Shown here one piece after another: positions 12,605-26,459 of a stretch of 64,000 nt of DNA (position 1 is its first letter; each line of letters starts with the position of its first letter). The notes beneath the pieces are model-generated. The model worked only from the letters and a program-made list of their open reading frames with translations. It searched no databases and was not told where the DNA came from. The translations under genes were made by a program, and so were the position numbers. The DNA lies in contig CM082576.2 in NCBI GenBank assembly GCA_040954595.2, positions 7,381,129-7,445,128 on the forward strand. The letters are read 5' to 3'. Origin of the DNA: Balanoglossus misakiensis. Taxonomy: Eukaryota; Animalia; Hemichordata.

Positions 12605-14814
12605 TCATGATGCCTCAAATGGAAGTCTTCTTCCTATGTGAATGTGAAAAATAAATACAATCTACATTTACTGGTGTAGTTATATGAATAGACAGGAATG
12701 GGTGTGGAAACACACGGTCACCTTTGATGGGAGAGAGTCTCGTGGTGTCTTGGAGGTATTTGAGCTGTCACTTTGTGCAGCAATGACCACTCAGTGACCA
12801 GGAGTGATGTCTTGTAAATGGCAGAGCAATACTCTCACACCATTCATGGTCGTTTGAGACCTAATTTGTAAGACAGATACTTACGTGGCCGTAACTGTAT
12901 GACATCTTTGAAATATTTTGGTAGAATTATTCCATCTTTGTTTCCAGATGAAAGGATCACATTATTTGCAGATATGAAGAATTCCAGTCCATCTGACAAA
13001 TAAAATATGGATTTAATGGTAACTTTTTTAGAAGAGAGAATTTAAATACAAATTACTGGTACCGGTATTGCCTGTTATGTTGGACTATGTGATAACACGT
13101 CAGCAAACATGCTGAGTCCCAAGTTAGTTGATATTTAAGGAATGGAAACTGTAAACATCATATTCTTAGAATTGAAACAAAATCTTGTGCATACAGCTCA
13201 CTTCCACATGTCTAAAATCTACAATTAACTCACCTTTTAAGGCTTTCTCTAGATCCAAGTATATAATTACTTGACAAGAATGCCTCATTCCTGTAGAAAA
13301 TACAGAATAAATATCAGAACCAAGACAAAGCAGTTTCTTGTGAATTCATCTGGCATTATTAAGCTGTAATGTTCGTTTGCTGATTTGTAATAATGATGAT
13401 GATGACTTTCAAACAGAGAAACAGTAAAAGTTATTGGCAACGGCTAGAATAGGCTGGTCCTTTTCTGGCTCTTAAATACGTTTTGTATAATACAATTTTG
13501 TACATGGTATTTTCTTACCACTAACAACACCCTCTTCTCCAGGTTCTCCTGGTGCACAATGTATGTGATTTCTTCTCATTCTGGACAAACCCTGTGTTGG
13601 TAATCAAAAACATTTAAATTGCATTGTAAAGGTTTCTCCTACAGTGTACAGACATGAGCCCAAATTTTCATCTAACATAATCTTCTAACAGACAAACTAC
13701 AAAAAGTGGCAGCAATGTTGGAATTGCTGTAGGACAACTTTATGTAACTGATTAGATTGAGCACTGTGTCATAAGCAAAGTACATGTACACTGTTACTAA
13801 TATAACAGAATCCAAATACCTGTTTCTGAATTTTCTCCCAGGCCTTCAGATAGGTTCCATGAATGACAGTTGGGTACTGGGTTGCATCTGCAATTGGGGT
13901 CAAATCCAGACCCTCAACCTGAAACATTCAAATCATTATATATCTTGCTAATACGTAAACTGAACATTAATTTACATGTGAAATGATCAGATGTACTGGC
14001 ATATTACTTACATTAATCGTGTGACCCTGATTGGCGCAAATCTGTAGTCTGTTATTTTCTGGGTGATTTCTGAGAGAAAATCTCTTTTTTTCATTATTTG
14101 CAACAATCCTTTCTATATCTTCAGTTGTATACACTTTGAATCTCTGGAGGGCCAGGATGTCTTCTACATTTAAATAACCACCTGCAATATGGAATGAGAA
14201 TGCAGTGAAATATGAGAATTTGTTGCATGATTTAAGAGACAAAAGTTGCTATTTCTGTATGTTGCTTATGATCCTGTGCATGTTCATAAATTTTCTGCAA
14301 TGATACTAGTACTTCACACACCTTCATCGAATTTGAAACCTTCTTTTTCAGCACCATGCCTCAAAAGCCACGACAGAGACTTGCTCAGCTTAACATCTGG
14401 GTCATCACGAAAGTTCTGAAATAAAAGATTTCACTCACATGACCAAAACTGAAATATTATTATCAAATAAAAAAAAGTGTCATCAAAATTGGCAGATTGA
14501 CAATGCCATGATTACATGATGTTCCCCATAGTTTTACATGCTGTACGATATTATTGATCCTTTCACGTATGATTTGTTTTCCACTCGGGGATATTTCCCT
14601 ATCTAATGCGGTAGTCTGTTGGGCATCTCACCCTTCTTCCCTTGCCACTTCCGCCTCTAGCACCACCCCTGCCACTTCTTATTTCGCGGCCCGAAGAAGC
14701 CATGCTTCTCTCTTGTTGATGTTGAGGAGGTCGGTGTCCCCCTCTGTGTCCCGTTTGGGATGCCGGTTGGTGTTCGCCTTCTCCAACTGTTTTGGGTTCT
14801 CCAATCGAAGTCAT
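12605..14814 (-). CDS. TRPT1: tRNA 2'-phosphotransferase 1 (Tpt1/KptA family)
   Basis: About 8 coding exons giving LSKSLSWLLRHGA, NEKKRF, ICANQGHT, VIHGTY, GLSRMRRNHIH, SGMR, FFISANNVILS. RG-rich N-terminal exon 14814-14632; start codon uncertain. Confidence 0.9.
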
Positions 14815-14962
14815 TGAGATTGTGATATGTCGTACAGTCGAAAATATTCCGCGGTCTGCTGCAAACAGGTCGGATCTGACAGCAATATTGTGAAACGTCA
14901 CATTAACAGCAAAAAGTACAAGTTTCGCTTTCAAGTTCTTGTGAAATCAATCTGACCCGATT

Positions 14963-15126
14963 TGACCTTTGACTCACAGGTTCCAACGTTGGGGGCGTTT
15001 CATGACGTCATAGTAAACCTCGCGGTTTATTCAAAAAACGGTCAGCCATTTTAGTTGGAAGTACGCTCCAAGATTCATCTTTGTTCGCGACAATAAGCAA
15101 GTTATTATTCACAGCAGTTACCGTTG
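14963..15126. promoter_or_regulatory. Bidirectional promoter TRPT1/sororin with DR1-like, CRE, CHR-like and Myb-like sites
   Basis: TGACCTtTGACTC 14963-14975; TGACGTCA 15003-15010; TTCAAA (reverse CHR TTTGAA) 15030-15035; CAGTTA and CCGTTG 15115-15126. Confidence 0.5.
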
Positions 15127-15163
15127 TACTTGCGTGCATTACTACACAGTCTGGCGAAAAACA

Positions 15164-17297
15164 ATGCCACCGAAAGCTCGGAGTAAGGCGAAGGCGAAAA
15201 CGTCCAGGAAATCCCCCAGCGAAAAAGCAGCTCGCGGACACGGTGAGTCGCGTCGAGTGACGCTTGAAGTTGAATGAATAACAACGCCACACTGAAAAGA
15301 ATGATACATGATTTTCTTTCATCTCGTACGTGTATTTGTAGACGAATCCTTCCCTCGCGTTCTAGCCAATGTTGTCAAATTTTTATACGTTCAGTAAAAC
15401 GTCTCCCAAACTCAGAATGTATATAAACGTTGGATCTGTGCCATATCTTGTGAGACTGGTCTGGTCTTACGTCACGTCATCTTGAAAAAGTGAAAGCGAC
15501 ATTGCACAAATGCGGATGATGGCCACCAGTCTGTTTCACTACACATTTGCCTTTCCTTTCAGTTTCTCAATGGCAACATAAACTACATGTAAATATTATT
15601 TACAGATTCATCATCGGATGAAAAAGATCCATACTCTGCCAGAGTTGTATTACACAGATTATCCAGTAAACACAGTCGTTTTGTGGTAAGTTAAAACTGC
15701 CTTTTGCATTACAACTGTAAGGTCTATACCTTTGAACACTGTAAATACGAAATCGTGTTGGTTTGCAAAGGATTTTAATTTTACACATGGTTGATTTACT
15801 TTCTCTAACAGAAATCCAGCACAGATACAGAAGTTGATAATTTATTTGACTTCAAAGAGAATGGAAATCAATTCCTGGTATGTTGATTATTGTTAACTAA
15901 AAATTAATAATTCAGAGACTGGATGAAATCTTTATTGCATGCCTGAAGGTTCATCTGTAACCAAGAAGTGATCTGTTCTGCTGCAATATCAGAAAATTGT
16001 CTATGGTCAAAACATAATTTTTTCCCCCCACGCATTTTTCTTCTCCTTGATAACAGCAGAGGACTGACCCATATGATGGGGATATGGAAAACAGCAGTGG
16101 AACACAAAGCCAGTCGGATGTTATGCGGTCGTTCTCACAGTCACCACTATCATCTCCATCCTCGCAAGAAATGGACCATGACAACAGACAAATACTGTCT
16201 CCATCAAGAAGACAAAGCTTGGTCAATCCAAAAGGTACGAAATTGGAAAATTGATATGCAAATAGGTTCTGAAGTTGCTTCCGAAAAAGGTCAATGTACT
16301 TTATCATTCTAAGACCATTGAAGGACTGCAAATGCATTTTGTCTCTTCTTTCCTTTCAGGCACAAATTCACACACATCAGGGAAACAGAAATCCAGGAAG
16401 ACAAAATCGTCATCCAGAAAGTCATCAAACAACACTTCTTTGAGTCAGCAGTCGGGTCAAGATGACAGTGGGCTGTTTGTGTCACCAGATGTGCAGAGGG
16501 TGATGAGACTGTGTGCGTCGGATGCGTCCACGCCCAGCAGTTGCATCAAAGAGAAACCGGTCGAGGAATCCTTGTTCGGCTTTGAAAAACTGATGACGCC
16601 CGAGCCCCTGCCTTTCTCCCCCGTACAGTCGGCCACTCCGACCTCTTTTGCGTCCATGTCCACAGCGTCATCATCGGGCGTCCACAGCATGTCGCAGAGC
16701 TTGACGTCGGCGCTGTCGAACGCCAGCATATCGCCCGTCAAGCGCAGCTTGGGGCAGGGAATGTACGACTTGCCAATCGAGAGGCCAGCGAAGAGGATCA
16801 AAAAGAAGAAGATGACAGCAAAGCAGGTGAGTCGCTCATTGTTCAGTTTATAACATGGGATTATTTATAGGCTGCGCTGTTGCGCACTGGCATGGACCAT
16901 TGACAAAATCACTCCAGGATAAGGACAATTGTGTAAACGCAAGTGCAACAAGTACAGCGAGTAGTGGCTGCAGAAATGGGGGTCATCTGAATATTTTGAC
17001 TTAGGGCTGGGGGTTCATTTGACAATTGTTGCCAAAGTCACTGCAGTTTGAACAGAACCGCCACCTGTGTACTTCCCAACACTTTCATCACGACCCCCTT
17101 TTTCCCATGTAAAAGATATACACGGACGAGCCAGCAACATCAGCAGTAAGACTTGAAAATGTAGCACGATGCATCTGGGTGTTAACATTTCCCTACTTGT
17201 CTTTTCTTTCTTGCAGAAAGCCGATATTGAAGATTGGAGTGCGAAGATCAATGCGCAGTTTGATGACATTGAGATGCATGAACTTATCGTAGAGTGA
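15164..17297 (+). CDS. CDCA5: Sororin (CDCA5)-like cohesin regulator, ~316 aa, 6 exons
   Basis: Exons 15164-15242, 15606-15685, 15812-15877, 16057-16234, 16360-16826, 17217-17297 (951 nt, in frame). KEN box, FGF motif (SLFGFEKL), many S/T-P sites, basic patch, C-terminal sororin domain WSAKINAQFDDIEMHELIVE*. Confidence 0.85.
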
Positions 17298-18786
17298 ACT
17301 GAACTGTGTTTCTGTGGAAATGTTGGGCTGCCTAGTACGATTCTACCTTGAAGAGAAGAATCTCCAGAGATTTATTTTGATACGTTTGAACTCAAGTGGT
17401 TTCAGTTGGGCATTATCACTGATAAGGTGGATGTTCAATCGGTCATCTGCAAGGAACTGTTTTTGTTTGTTTTTGTTTTTACTTTACTTCTTTTTTGTTG
17501 ACACTGACCGTTTTATGAGAAGGTAAAAGAACTCCTTGCAGATCTGTGATACACATTTTGTAAATTTCTCTCTTTCTTTTCAAGTTTTCTGTCGTCTTTA
17601 CACACTTCTGCCTGTTCAGCACACCATTCTGGCATATTGTGCTGCACCTGTTTTTTTTTCTGTAACACTCAATTGAATGTACAAGAAATGTGTAGCATTT
17701 ATAGAGGAGGCCATGCTGTTGATCAGGCATTTCATACAGCTGTAAATATTGATTTGTACTGAGTGTAGTGGGAGTACCATAGATTGAAAAAAAAAATGAA
17801 AAATTCTTTAGGTGAAGCTTCTTGAAAACAATCATGAAATTAGAGAATAGTAGATAAAAATTTGCAGTAGACTTATTTATTTGACAATTTTTTTTTCACT
17901 GCCTCATTTAAGATGTTTACAAGCAATAAACTTTTTGAAGAATAACTATCCGTTGCATGTTTTGTTGTATCCATGGAAACATATTACTCTTTGAATAACA
18001 TAGAAATGTTAGCTCAAATTTTCAGGGATATTACGGAGAACATCAGTGAAACTGATGGAAGAATGAATGGGGGGGGGGGGGTGACCGAGAACACCTCAAG
18101 TGACAGCCCCTCCAGTCTGGGGTTCTGCCATAGAAACCACACAACTAAAGATCAGAACATACATTCAAATAAATATTTTATTAATGTCACTACCAAGCAA
18201 TTTAAAAATGTCCACTTCTGAACTTCTTTTTGGAAGGGAAGGGAAGGAATGAGATTACATGCACTACACCAGGCCTTTACTGATAAGATGGGACAAAAAT
18301 TGTCACTGACAGATAAAGTAAAAGTCAATATGTACAATCTGCTCAGTTATAACCACTGTCTGTCAAATTTTACCTCGTGACTTGAATTACAATTACCATG
18401 GCAAAAATAGAAGTAACGCTGAATTTCTTTTGTGGTACAGTGAAGAAATGAACTACATGTACTAGTATTCTGTATTGAAAAGTGCATAATGACGAGTTCT
18501 TCACGATGTATGCAAATTCTTTATGGTCACCTATGCAAATTTAACCACTGTTACCATGAAAAATCGAAATATATCCAATCAGAGATTTTCAGTGGTGGGC
18601 ACATGTGAGAAAGAGTGTACCACTACATGGTCCTTCAAAGACTTGGACATGCCCTTTTCACCATATATAGGCATAGGTAGTGACTGTATACCTATAACTC
18701 CAACGAGGATTGGTGTGAATTAAGTTTGTAAAGACTTTTGAAAAGTCAAATTATTCAGAGTTACCACATATCAAAGTCTAATTTTA

Positions 18787-21700
18787 TTAATGTGTATCTT
18801 GACCCAGATGACTCAGCTGGAAAAAAAGAAAGAAAGAAAAAAGAAATGGTATTAGTAAATTCAGTAGTGTATTTATCAAAACACATTCTTAATACAGTCA
18901 TATAACTTACACAGGTTTCACACAATGAAACATACACAACAAAGATGTCCAGCCGAACCCAAGCACAGGTGATCAGCAAACATGTTTGACACCCGTAGTT
19001 TCTTTTCTTACCTGTTTGATAAAATGTTGTGCGTTGAGTAATTCACTACATCCATACGTGATGCGTTTAGATGAGGCACCTGACTTGCCCTGTTTGTGAA
19101 TAAGTACCACATAAAAACATCAGTCTAACGCAACAGAAAGTGTATTTGAAAATACTTCTAAGAAAGCGATTTATGGGCATTTCAAAGTGTGTACAGCGAA
19201 CTCATAGCTTTCTCCAAACGCTCCCGTTTCTGATCAAAAGGATAAGCAACCAGTAAGTCAATGATGAGCATTTGCAAATCTGTGTGCATACAAATTGTGT
19301 ATGTGACTATAACCAACAGCACATACATACCTTGACATAGTCGACTAAATTCTGATATTCAATGTAGTTGCCACCACCAACCACAAATACCATAGCCTCT
19401 TGAAATGGTGTTCTGTTTCTTGGAATGGACGACCTGTGGGTGAAATGCATATTCACAAATTTCACAATTTTACGACTGCCAGTTAGCAGTGTATGAAGAC
19501 CCACATGACACATCCTAATTTTCGAAAAACTTGACATCTCTCACTGATCTCAAGATTCTTTCAATGATTAAAAGAATCTGACAGTGACTGTACCAAAAAT
19601 GTCCAAATGATAGCTACCATAGGTACTTACCCATCAGTTACACGTAACATCTTTGGATCAAAATATCTGTAATCATCAGTTTCCTGCGAGTTAAATGAAA
19701 TGACAGCTGGTAACTAAATTGCATGAAATTTTAAGAAAATTGAACCTTTGTGATGTAAAATCAGTAAATCAAGGGACATCTTTTAAGTTATTTTTGTAAT
19801 GAAATGCTGTTTGCATACCTGGTTGAATTTCATTTCCATTAGGGAATCAACCACTTTGGTGACAGGTAGATTCTAGAACAGAGAGAGAGAAAAAAAAGAA
19901 AATATGTTAGTTTTTGGGGCACCTGTGGCATGACATTGATTAATATAAATGCACATGGCCAGTTTGAAAATTACATATGAAAATATTTGAAGTGTACATA
20001 ATTTGAACCGAAAAGATTTCTTTGCAGATTGAGAACTCACATGTTTCTTGACAACCAGATTTTTGACACCCTCCATGACGAACTCTGACCCCTGTGACAT
20101 GAGTTTGGAGAACATACTGACAGTCTTGGTACCACCTCCTCCATACATATTTGGTGTTGATGTCATCTTGGTGTATGCTCTGAGGGGAGTATGCAAATAT
20201 AATGAGGACATTTGAGGAAGTTATTGAATGCGAGTCATCCTTTCCCATTGAAAAAGATTACATGGGTGATCCAATGCTCAAACTACATTACAGTTTTCCT
20301 ATTGTGAGTGTGTGTGTGTTGCAATGTGGTAAAAAGTATATACACGTATTTTGATTTGGAGCAGGTGACTGTGAATAAATCAATCAAATTGTAATATTGA
20401 AACATTCACAGAGTAAAATGAAAAGGTGCCTTACTTCCATCTTTTGATGTATTTAAGTGGAGCTAAATTACAGCCTTGTGCTTCCAGTGCACTGGAATAT
20501 TGATCAAATTCAACCTGGAAAAGAATACATTATGTAAGTCCTCATCTTGATACCAGTTTATACCCCAAACCCCTCCCCCTCCATAACGGGCAATCATATC
20601 ACCATACATCGTGTACCTTACAGGATATAAAACAGACAGATTTTAATTTTTTTTTTCATTCACACCTGATGCCAGCTTAGATTACAGATTATAATAAACA
20701 CAACTTTAGAAATATCAGGGTACAAAATATTTCAAACATAACCAAGTCTACTTTACTCACATCAGACATAGCCGGACCACAGATGTAGAAAATAATAAAC
20801 AGTCTCACTTTATCTTCTGGCTTGCCTGCGTCTGGATCATTCAACATGTCCAACAAAGATTTATCTAAAGTCGACTTGCTCATCAGTTTTTCTTCCATTT
20901 CAAAATAAATATCCAATTTTCTTTCCTGAAAAAACAAGAGAATTTATAATTGCCAAGAAAATAAGTAAAATTTGATAGTAGTATATTTTATTTATGTTGT
21001 GCTTTTCGATATTTTTCAATGTACAGAATTTACTTTTATCAGTTAGGGTCATGATAGAGAATTTCTTTTATCATTAGCATTATTGCTCAAAACTGATTGA
21101 CCTTTCACCCATTTCCCTGTAGATGGGACTGGACCATAAGTATAGTTGTAATGAGTCAAAGCACAATAACCTCCAAGACTCAAGCAAGCAAAATATGTGT
21201 ACATGTATATGTAAAATAAAATTATGATATGATAAACACTGCAAGAAAATCAGTTGTTGAAATGGTATTTTATATATTTTACTATTGATCATTTCAAGGG
21301 AAAATCCACAGCATTGCCATTTACAATCAGTCAGCATGTGTCGCACGTTGAATGGGATTACTGAAATCTGTGTTTACTCTGGTGAACAGACTGGGGGTAT
21401 TGTTTGACCTCATTTGCATAGTTAACATACCTTGATGTGGTCCAGCACAGCTGATGCAATGTTAGTGTGCATATCAATGATTCGTTTCCTCTCCAGCAGT
21501 TCAGGAAGGGAGCTGAAATTCAAAAAAATTTAATCAATCGTTAATCAATCGACAACTTGAATCAGACTCCAGAATAAGAAATTAAGGGATCCATACCCCA
21601 TGTCAAATAATTAGCATATTTACAAATGATGTTGTGGAATAGCTATGCTAGTACTCTGGCTATTGTTATGAACTGTTCAATATTACCTGACAGCTGATGT

Positions 21701-24700
21701 TATTTTGGCAGTGTTGTCCGACAGCATACTTATGGCACTGTCATCTTCTCCTTCCAAACCCTACAACAAAAGAAAGATGATGTCATTATTTCAATATGGT
21801 GGGTGGGTAACTAAGAAGTAATAATTTGATTATAAATGTTTGCATGAACCTCCAATGAATATCCACATACCATTGCAGATTTTAATCGTTTCACTTCATC
21901 TTCTGAGGCTCTGTATGATTCTAATTCACTCTGTACTGCTTCTGCTACCGTTGGGAAAGGACTGGAAAGAACAAAATCATGAAAATGTCTGCTGCATAAA
22001 AGTCTGATGGAAAAAATTCAATGTTACATTGTACAATCAAATCACATTGATGTTCATTGATACACATGGATAATGGCAAAAGCATTTGTTATGTGAGACT
22101 ATAAGTATTTAAGCCTGTTTACCTTCCTTTGTGATTACTCCAAAATTTGTCTTTTGGGTTGAGGTCATATGTCTTTGTCTTCTTTTTTGGTCTGGCACCT
22201 GAAGGAGATGCCGAGTGTGTCTCGACGGTTTCTTCAATTACAACTTGATTCAGCTGCAAGTCCTGTGAAGTCAGAGGAAAATAACAAATGTTACTGGCTG
22301 CGGATATGCTGCAGTATTTTCTTCTAAGCTGAAAAGTGGAAAACAGGCGTGGCATACTTACAAGAACGTCATGAGCAAGGGCTTGATATGTCCATGTGTG
22401 ATGTAACGGTGTTGCTAAATCTATATTTCGGTCTAAAATGACCAAAAGTGGCCTCTGAAAACTAGAAAAAATATTTAACACTGTCAAGAAACATGAGTGG
22501 ATACAGACATCAATAAGTTCAAAAGCAGGGTTGAATTTTCAGGATAAAAAATGTACACAATGCATAACTGATGTTTCCTCTGTGAATCTTTGTGGCCCTT
22601 CAACTCATACAAAGAAATATGTTAGGTTTGCAGAGGTGGTTGGTTCATAGAAGTTCTCTAAACTATAATATTCTGATTGACAATGAAGCATAACAAACAT
22701 CTCACCTGACTTGGCCTGACTGTATACCGTCGGTTGTAAAGAGGCTATTTCTGGCATCGCGTAAATTTTCTCTCAGCTTTTTGTCAAGTTTCTATTCAAG
22801 GAAAAATCAAGAATCTATTAGCAACAACAGATGCACTTCTTAAAGGTTTTATAATTGTCCTATTAGTTACACTGGGACCTTACGGGATCAGAGCGTCTGT
22901 TTACTGAAAGTTAGAACACTGACATGTGTACCATTGTTGACAATAAATCCCATTTGCACGCTGTTGACAGCTAACTTACCTCAGCTACCATTTCAGCAGC
23001 ATTTCCCCTGGGACATCTGATGATAGGTACAACACCCAGCGTCACAAAGACAGAAAAGAGACTGTTGACCATTATGTCCATGATTTCCTCGATTTCTGTA
23101 TCCTTCACATCCCCACGATTTATGGCTGTTGGGAGAGGGAGGGGTAACGAGTAAAATCAAGAGCACGTTTTGATGGAAAAATTGAGCAGAGGCAAATGTT
23201 ATGAGTAAGCAGATTTCAGACAGAAACAGGCAATGCAAAATAGATAACACTATTATGGTAGAGGAGACAGAAAAACAATAGCAAGGTATAATCTTTGATG
23301 AATGTGTTCTTCTGCTATGTGCTAAATCTATATAAAACAACAAACAGTATTTTAAATGCTTGCAGACCTTGCAGACTCTCTTAGAAAATGGTAGTTTGGG
23401 CAGTGAAGGCAGACTATTAACAATATGCTTTATGAACCTACCATAGTATGTTATGGCTGATCTGTCTTGGTGTCGTATTGTGAACATGTCGTCTTCCAAT
23501 GTAATGAAGTTCAAATATTGATCAAATATCTGCATAGTAACAAAACACAAATTCTTTAAAAAAACAAACCAAGATACTAGGTCTTCAATAACTAGGTCTT
23601 CTTCAGACGGACAGCTGACAAGAGCTTATACCTGCACACACCAAAGTCTTACCTTACAGATGTGCGAGACTGCATTGGACTGAAGAGCTGCACTTGCCAG
23701 GTCTTCCAGTCTCTGTCTGGATACTGCTGAGATGAAATTCAAATAATAGGACTCGTACAGCTGGTTTCCAAGATCCTGTCAGAAAGAAGTCCAGTTTGGA
23801 CACATGTTATTTCTTGATCCTTACTATTGTAGTGGTCTTCTCCAAGAGATCCTTGATTATAATTTCATATCTTATCACAATATTGCTGTGCCCATCAAAA
23901 TTAAACTGGTACTTCACCCAATCCAGTTTACTTCATCATTTTTGTCTAATCAAAATTGTAACACACACAGGTCTTAGGTTAGCAGCCAGCAATGACAAGG
24001 TCATATGTGCCTTACCTGACAGATTCTTTGGATGTTTTCTTCTGTTGGCATGACAAAGTAGATCGCTGGCACATCCGGTATCGGATCTCTGTCAGAATGT
24101 AGGATACTGCGACCACAAAACAAACAACATTGAATGAACAATCACATATATCTCATCCATTCAAGCTTCTCTATCACCCAAAGATGGGTGTGCTTTAATC
24201 AATGGAAGCAGAATATATGCCCTCAAGCCAATATACTAGTAAGAGAAAGTGTATCCCATTCCAGACTAGTAATCAATCCTTCTGGCTGGATGTTGCTATA
24301 AGAAAGTCGCTGGCAACAGCATACTTACAGATGAAGAGTGATTCCCATATCTCTGAGCTCCCTCACCGACAGCAAGGGGGATATAATATCCTGTCCAAAT
24401 CTGTCGTAAACCAAAACTTTCCATACTGGTTCTGATGTGTTTGACTTGCTTGGCGAGGTGTTCAGATTTAGCATACGTTTCAGAGCAACTGTGGAAGGAA
24501 TACACATTTCAATTATTTCCATACGACTTCATGATTGCATGGGTAGTCATCATTAACATCATGTACATAGCCACACAATACTCAATGCAGTACACTGTCA
24601 CAGCTGAGCTGAGATGAACTCATCAGCTTACATCTCAGAGGCTGTCATATTCTTGATAAGCGAAGGTTCTCGTCTTAGCTCCCACACCAGACTTCTGCAA

Positions 24701-24808
24701 CCGTTATACGTCAAACCCACTACGCCATCACACAATAAACTGTGCACAAAGTACACAACCAGGAAGTTTTCTCTTACCGATCTGCTTATCGCGGATGGTA
24801 GTCGCCAT
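18787..24808 (-). CDS. SCFD1: Sec1 family domain-containing protein 1 (Sly1), ~20 exons
   Basis: [85 protein letters not shown]; all introns checked are GT-AG. Confidence 0.95.
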
Positions 24809-26351
24809 CTTGGTAATCCCTGCTACGCATGCCCTGTAGACGTGGCATCGATCAAGCTCAGGCAGTTACCGCAAACACATGGGGGGGGGGGGGGGGGTAG
24901 CTGCAAAAATCGCAGCCCACTGCATCTACAGATGGAAAGTTAAATTAAGTTGACATTACTATCCTACATGTACCAAAAAAAATTATTTAAGCTGAACCAG
25001 CAGATATTGTATAAGATAAAAGCTGGATATTTCGATTCTCAAAACAACACAAGTACAGATCGTCAATGGACGCAAATTTTGAAAATCGCACGACTTCTCA
25101 ATATTAAAAGCCGAAAGGTTTGCGGTAAATTCCAATCCAATAATAGAAAAAGGCGCTCGTCAACGGGGTTTTACGTTTACTGTTAACATGAAAATGGCAG
25201 CGAGAACGAAAAAAATCGTAAGCTTTTTGCAGTGCACTGCGGATAAAATTCCAGTGTCTGTTCAAAGTCTTCAAACACGAGTCGCACTAGCCTGGTCTCC
25301 ATACCCAGTGTGTTTTAGCACAGTCTTGAGAGACTGTGTTAATATATATTGTACATGTAATAAAGCGTTCTTCTAAAAATACAAATTCACCTTTTCCCTT
25401 TACTTGCTTGAATAGGACTGTCATAACTTTTTTTTCGAAAAGCACAAAATTAACCCTGAAAATATTCACGCTGCTTCAAAGAACAATAAGCTTGGGTTGG
25501 TACCAACAACGCGAAGTCTAAAAAATCTTAATTTTGAAATCTAATAGAACACAAGCATGTCGTCTAGGGATTAGATTTTTAGGTGATAATGAATGATAAA
25601 TCCGGTTATCTTTGCATTTTATGCACATGTCTGCGCATGTCTGTATATATAGAGACGTCTTATCTATTCCGTAACTATGTTCATATGGGCTTTGTCTCAT
25701 ATTGGGATTAATTGCCAATCAAATCGTTGCGACGTATTCAAATCAGATATGCAGTTATATGTACAGTAAAATAAATCAAATAAGTGTATACAGTTAACCA
25801 GTACTTTGGTATTTTACGTCATTTTTATGTTATCTTTTATTCTTATCTTCTGGCAGTGTTGGAGCACTTGCACGTTTACTTGTCAGATACAATGTGGATT
25901 TCGAGAAAAGAATTCCGCTGACGCACATCACCCAAAGTTGTTTGCATAATTACTTACATCTAATATCGAGACGCTCCGTCACAGCATAGTTACAAGGCGT
26001 TGGTAGAGGGGTGATCAGGTGGGTTATTTGGTGGTAGCCAGCCAACCGCTAAAATCGTTAAAACTCGTTTAAAAGTGATGTAATGGAACAGTTCATTCGT
26101 GGATGGAAGGGTTGAATCTAACAGTGCAACACGTATACGAATAAGAAAGTTTTGGGTAGCACTGGGGATACGCTATTAAAGTGAATTTTCAAATCATGTC
26201 TACAGTGTATTCAAACATAACAGTATTGCTAAGGGAATATTTTATTTGTAGTACAACTTAAAACTTGGGTGCACCAAGATACCATCCGGGCCCCACCCCC
26301 TACAGAACCAAATATGGATTTGTCGAGAAAAAAGGCGTTGTCTTAATCTGC

Positions 26352-26388
26352 TATAAGAAGCTGTGGAAACTGTTACAAGAACAGTCCC
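26352..26388 (+). promoter_or_regulatory. TATA box and initiator of the FABP gene
   Basis: TATAAGA at 26352 with ACAGTCCC about 30 nt downstream, ~75 nt before the ATG. Confidence 0.6.
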
Positions 26389-26459
26389 GTTCGGTTCCCA
26401 GCGGCATCAAACTTGTACCTGTACTTGAAGACGGACCCGTCGAATACCACAAGATAAAA

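Noticed and set aside
24881-24897. Poly-G runs (also ~18069, 32555, 48331) as functional G-quadruplexes
   Set aside because: Plain homopolymers scattered without consistent position; length unreliable in assemblies.
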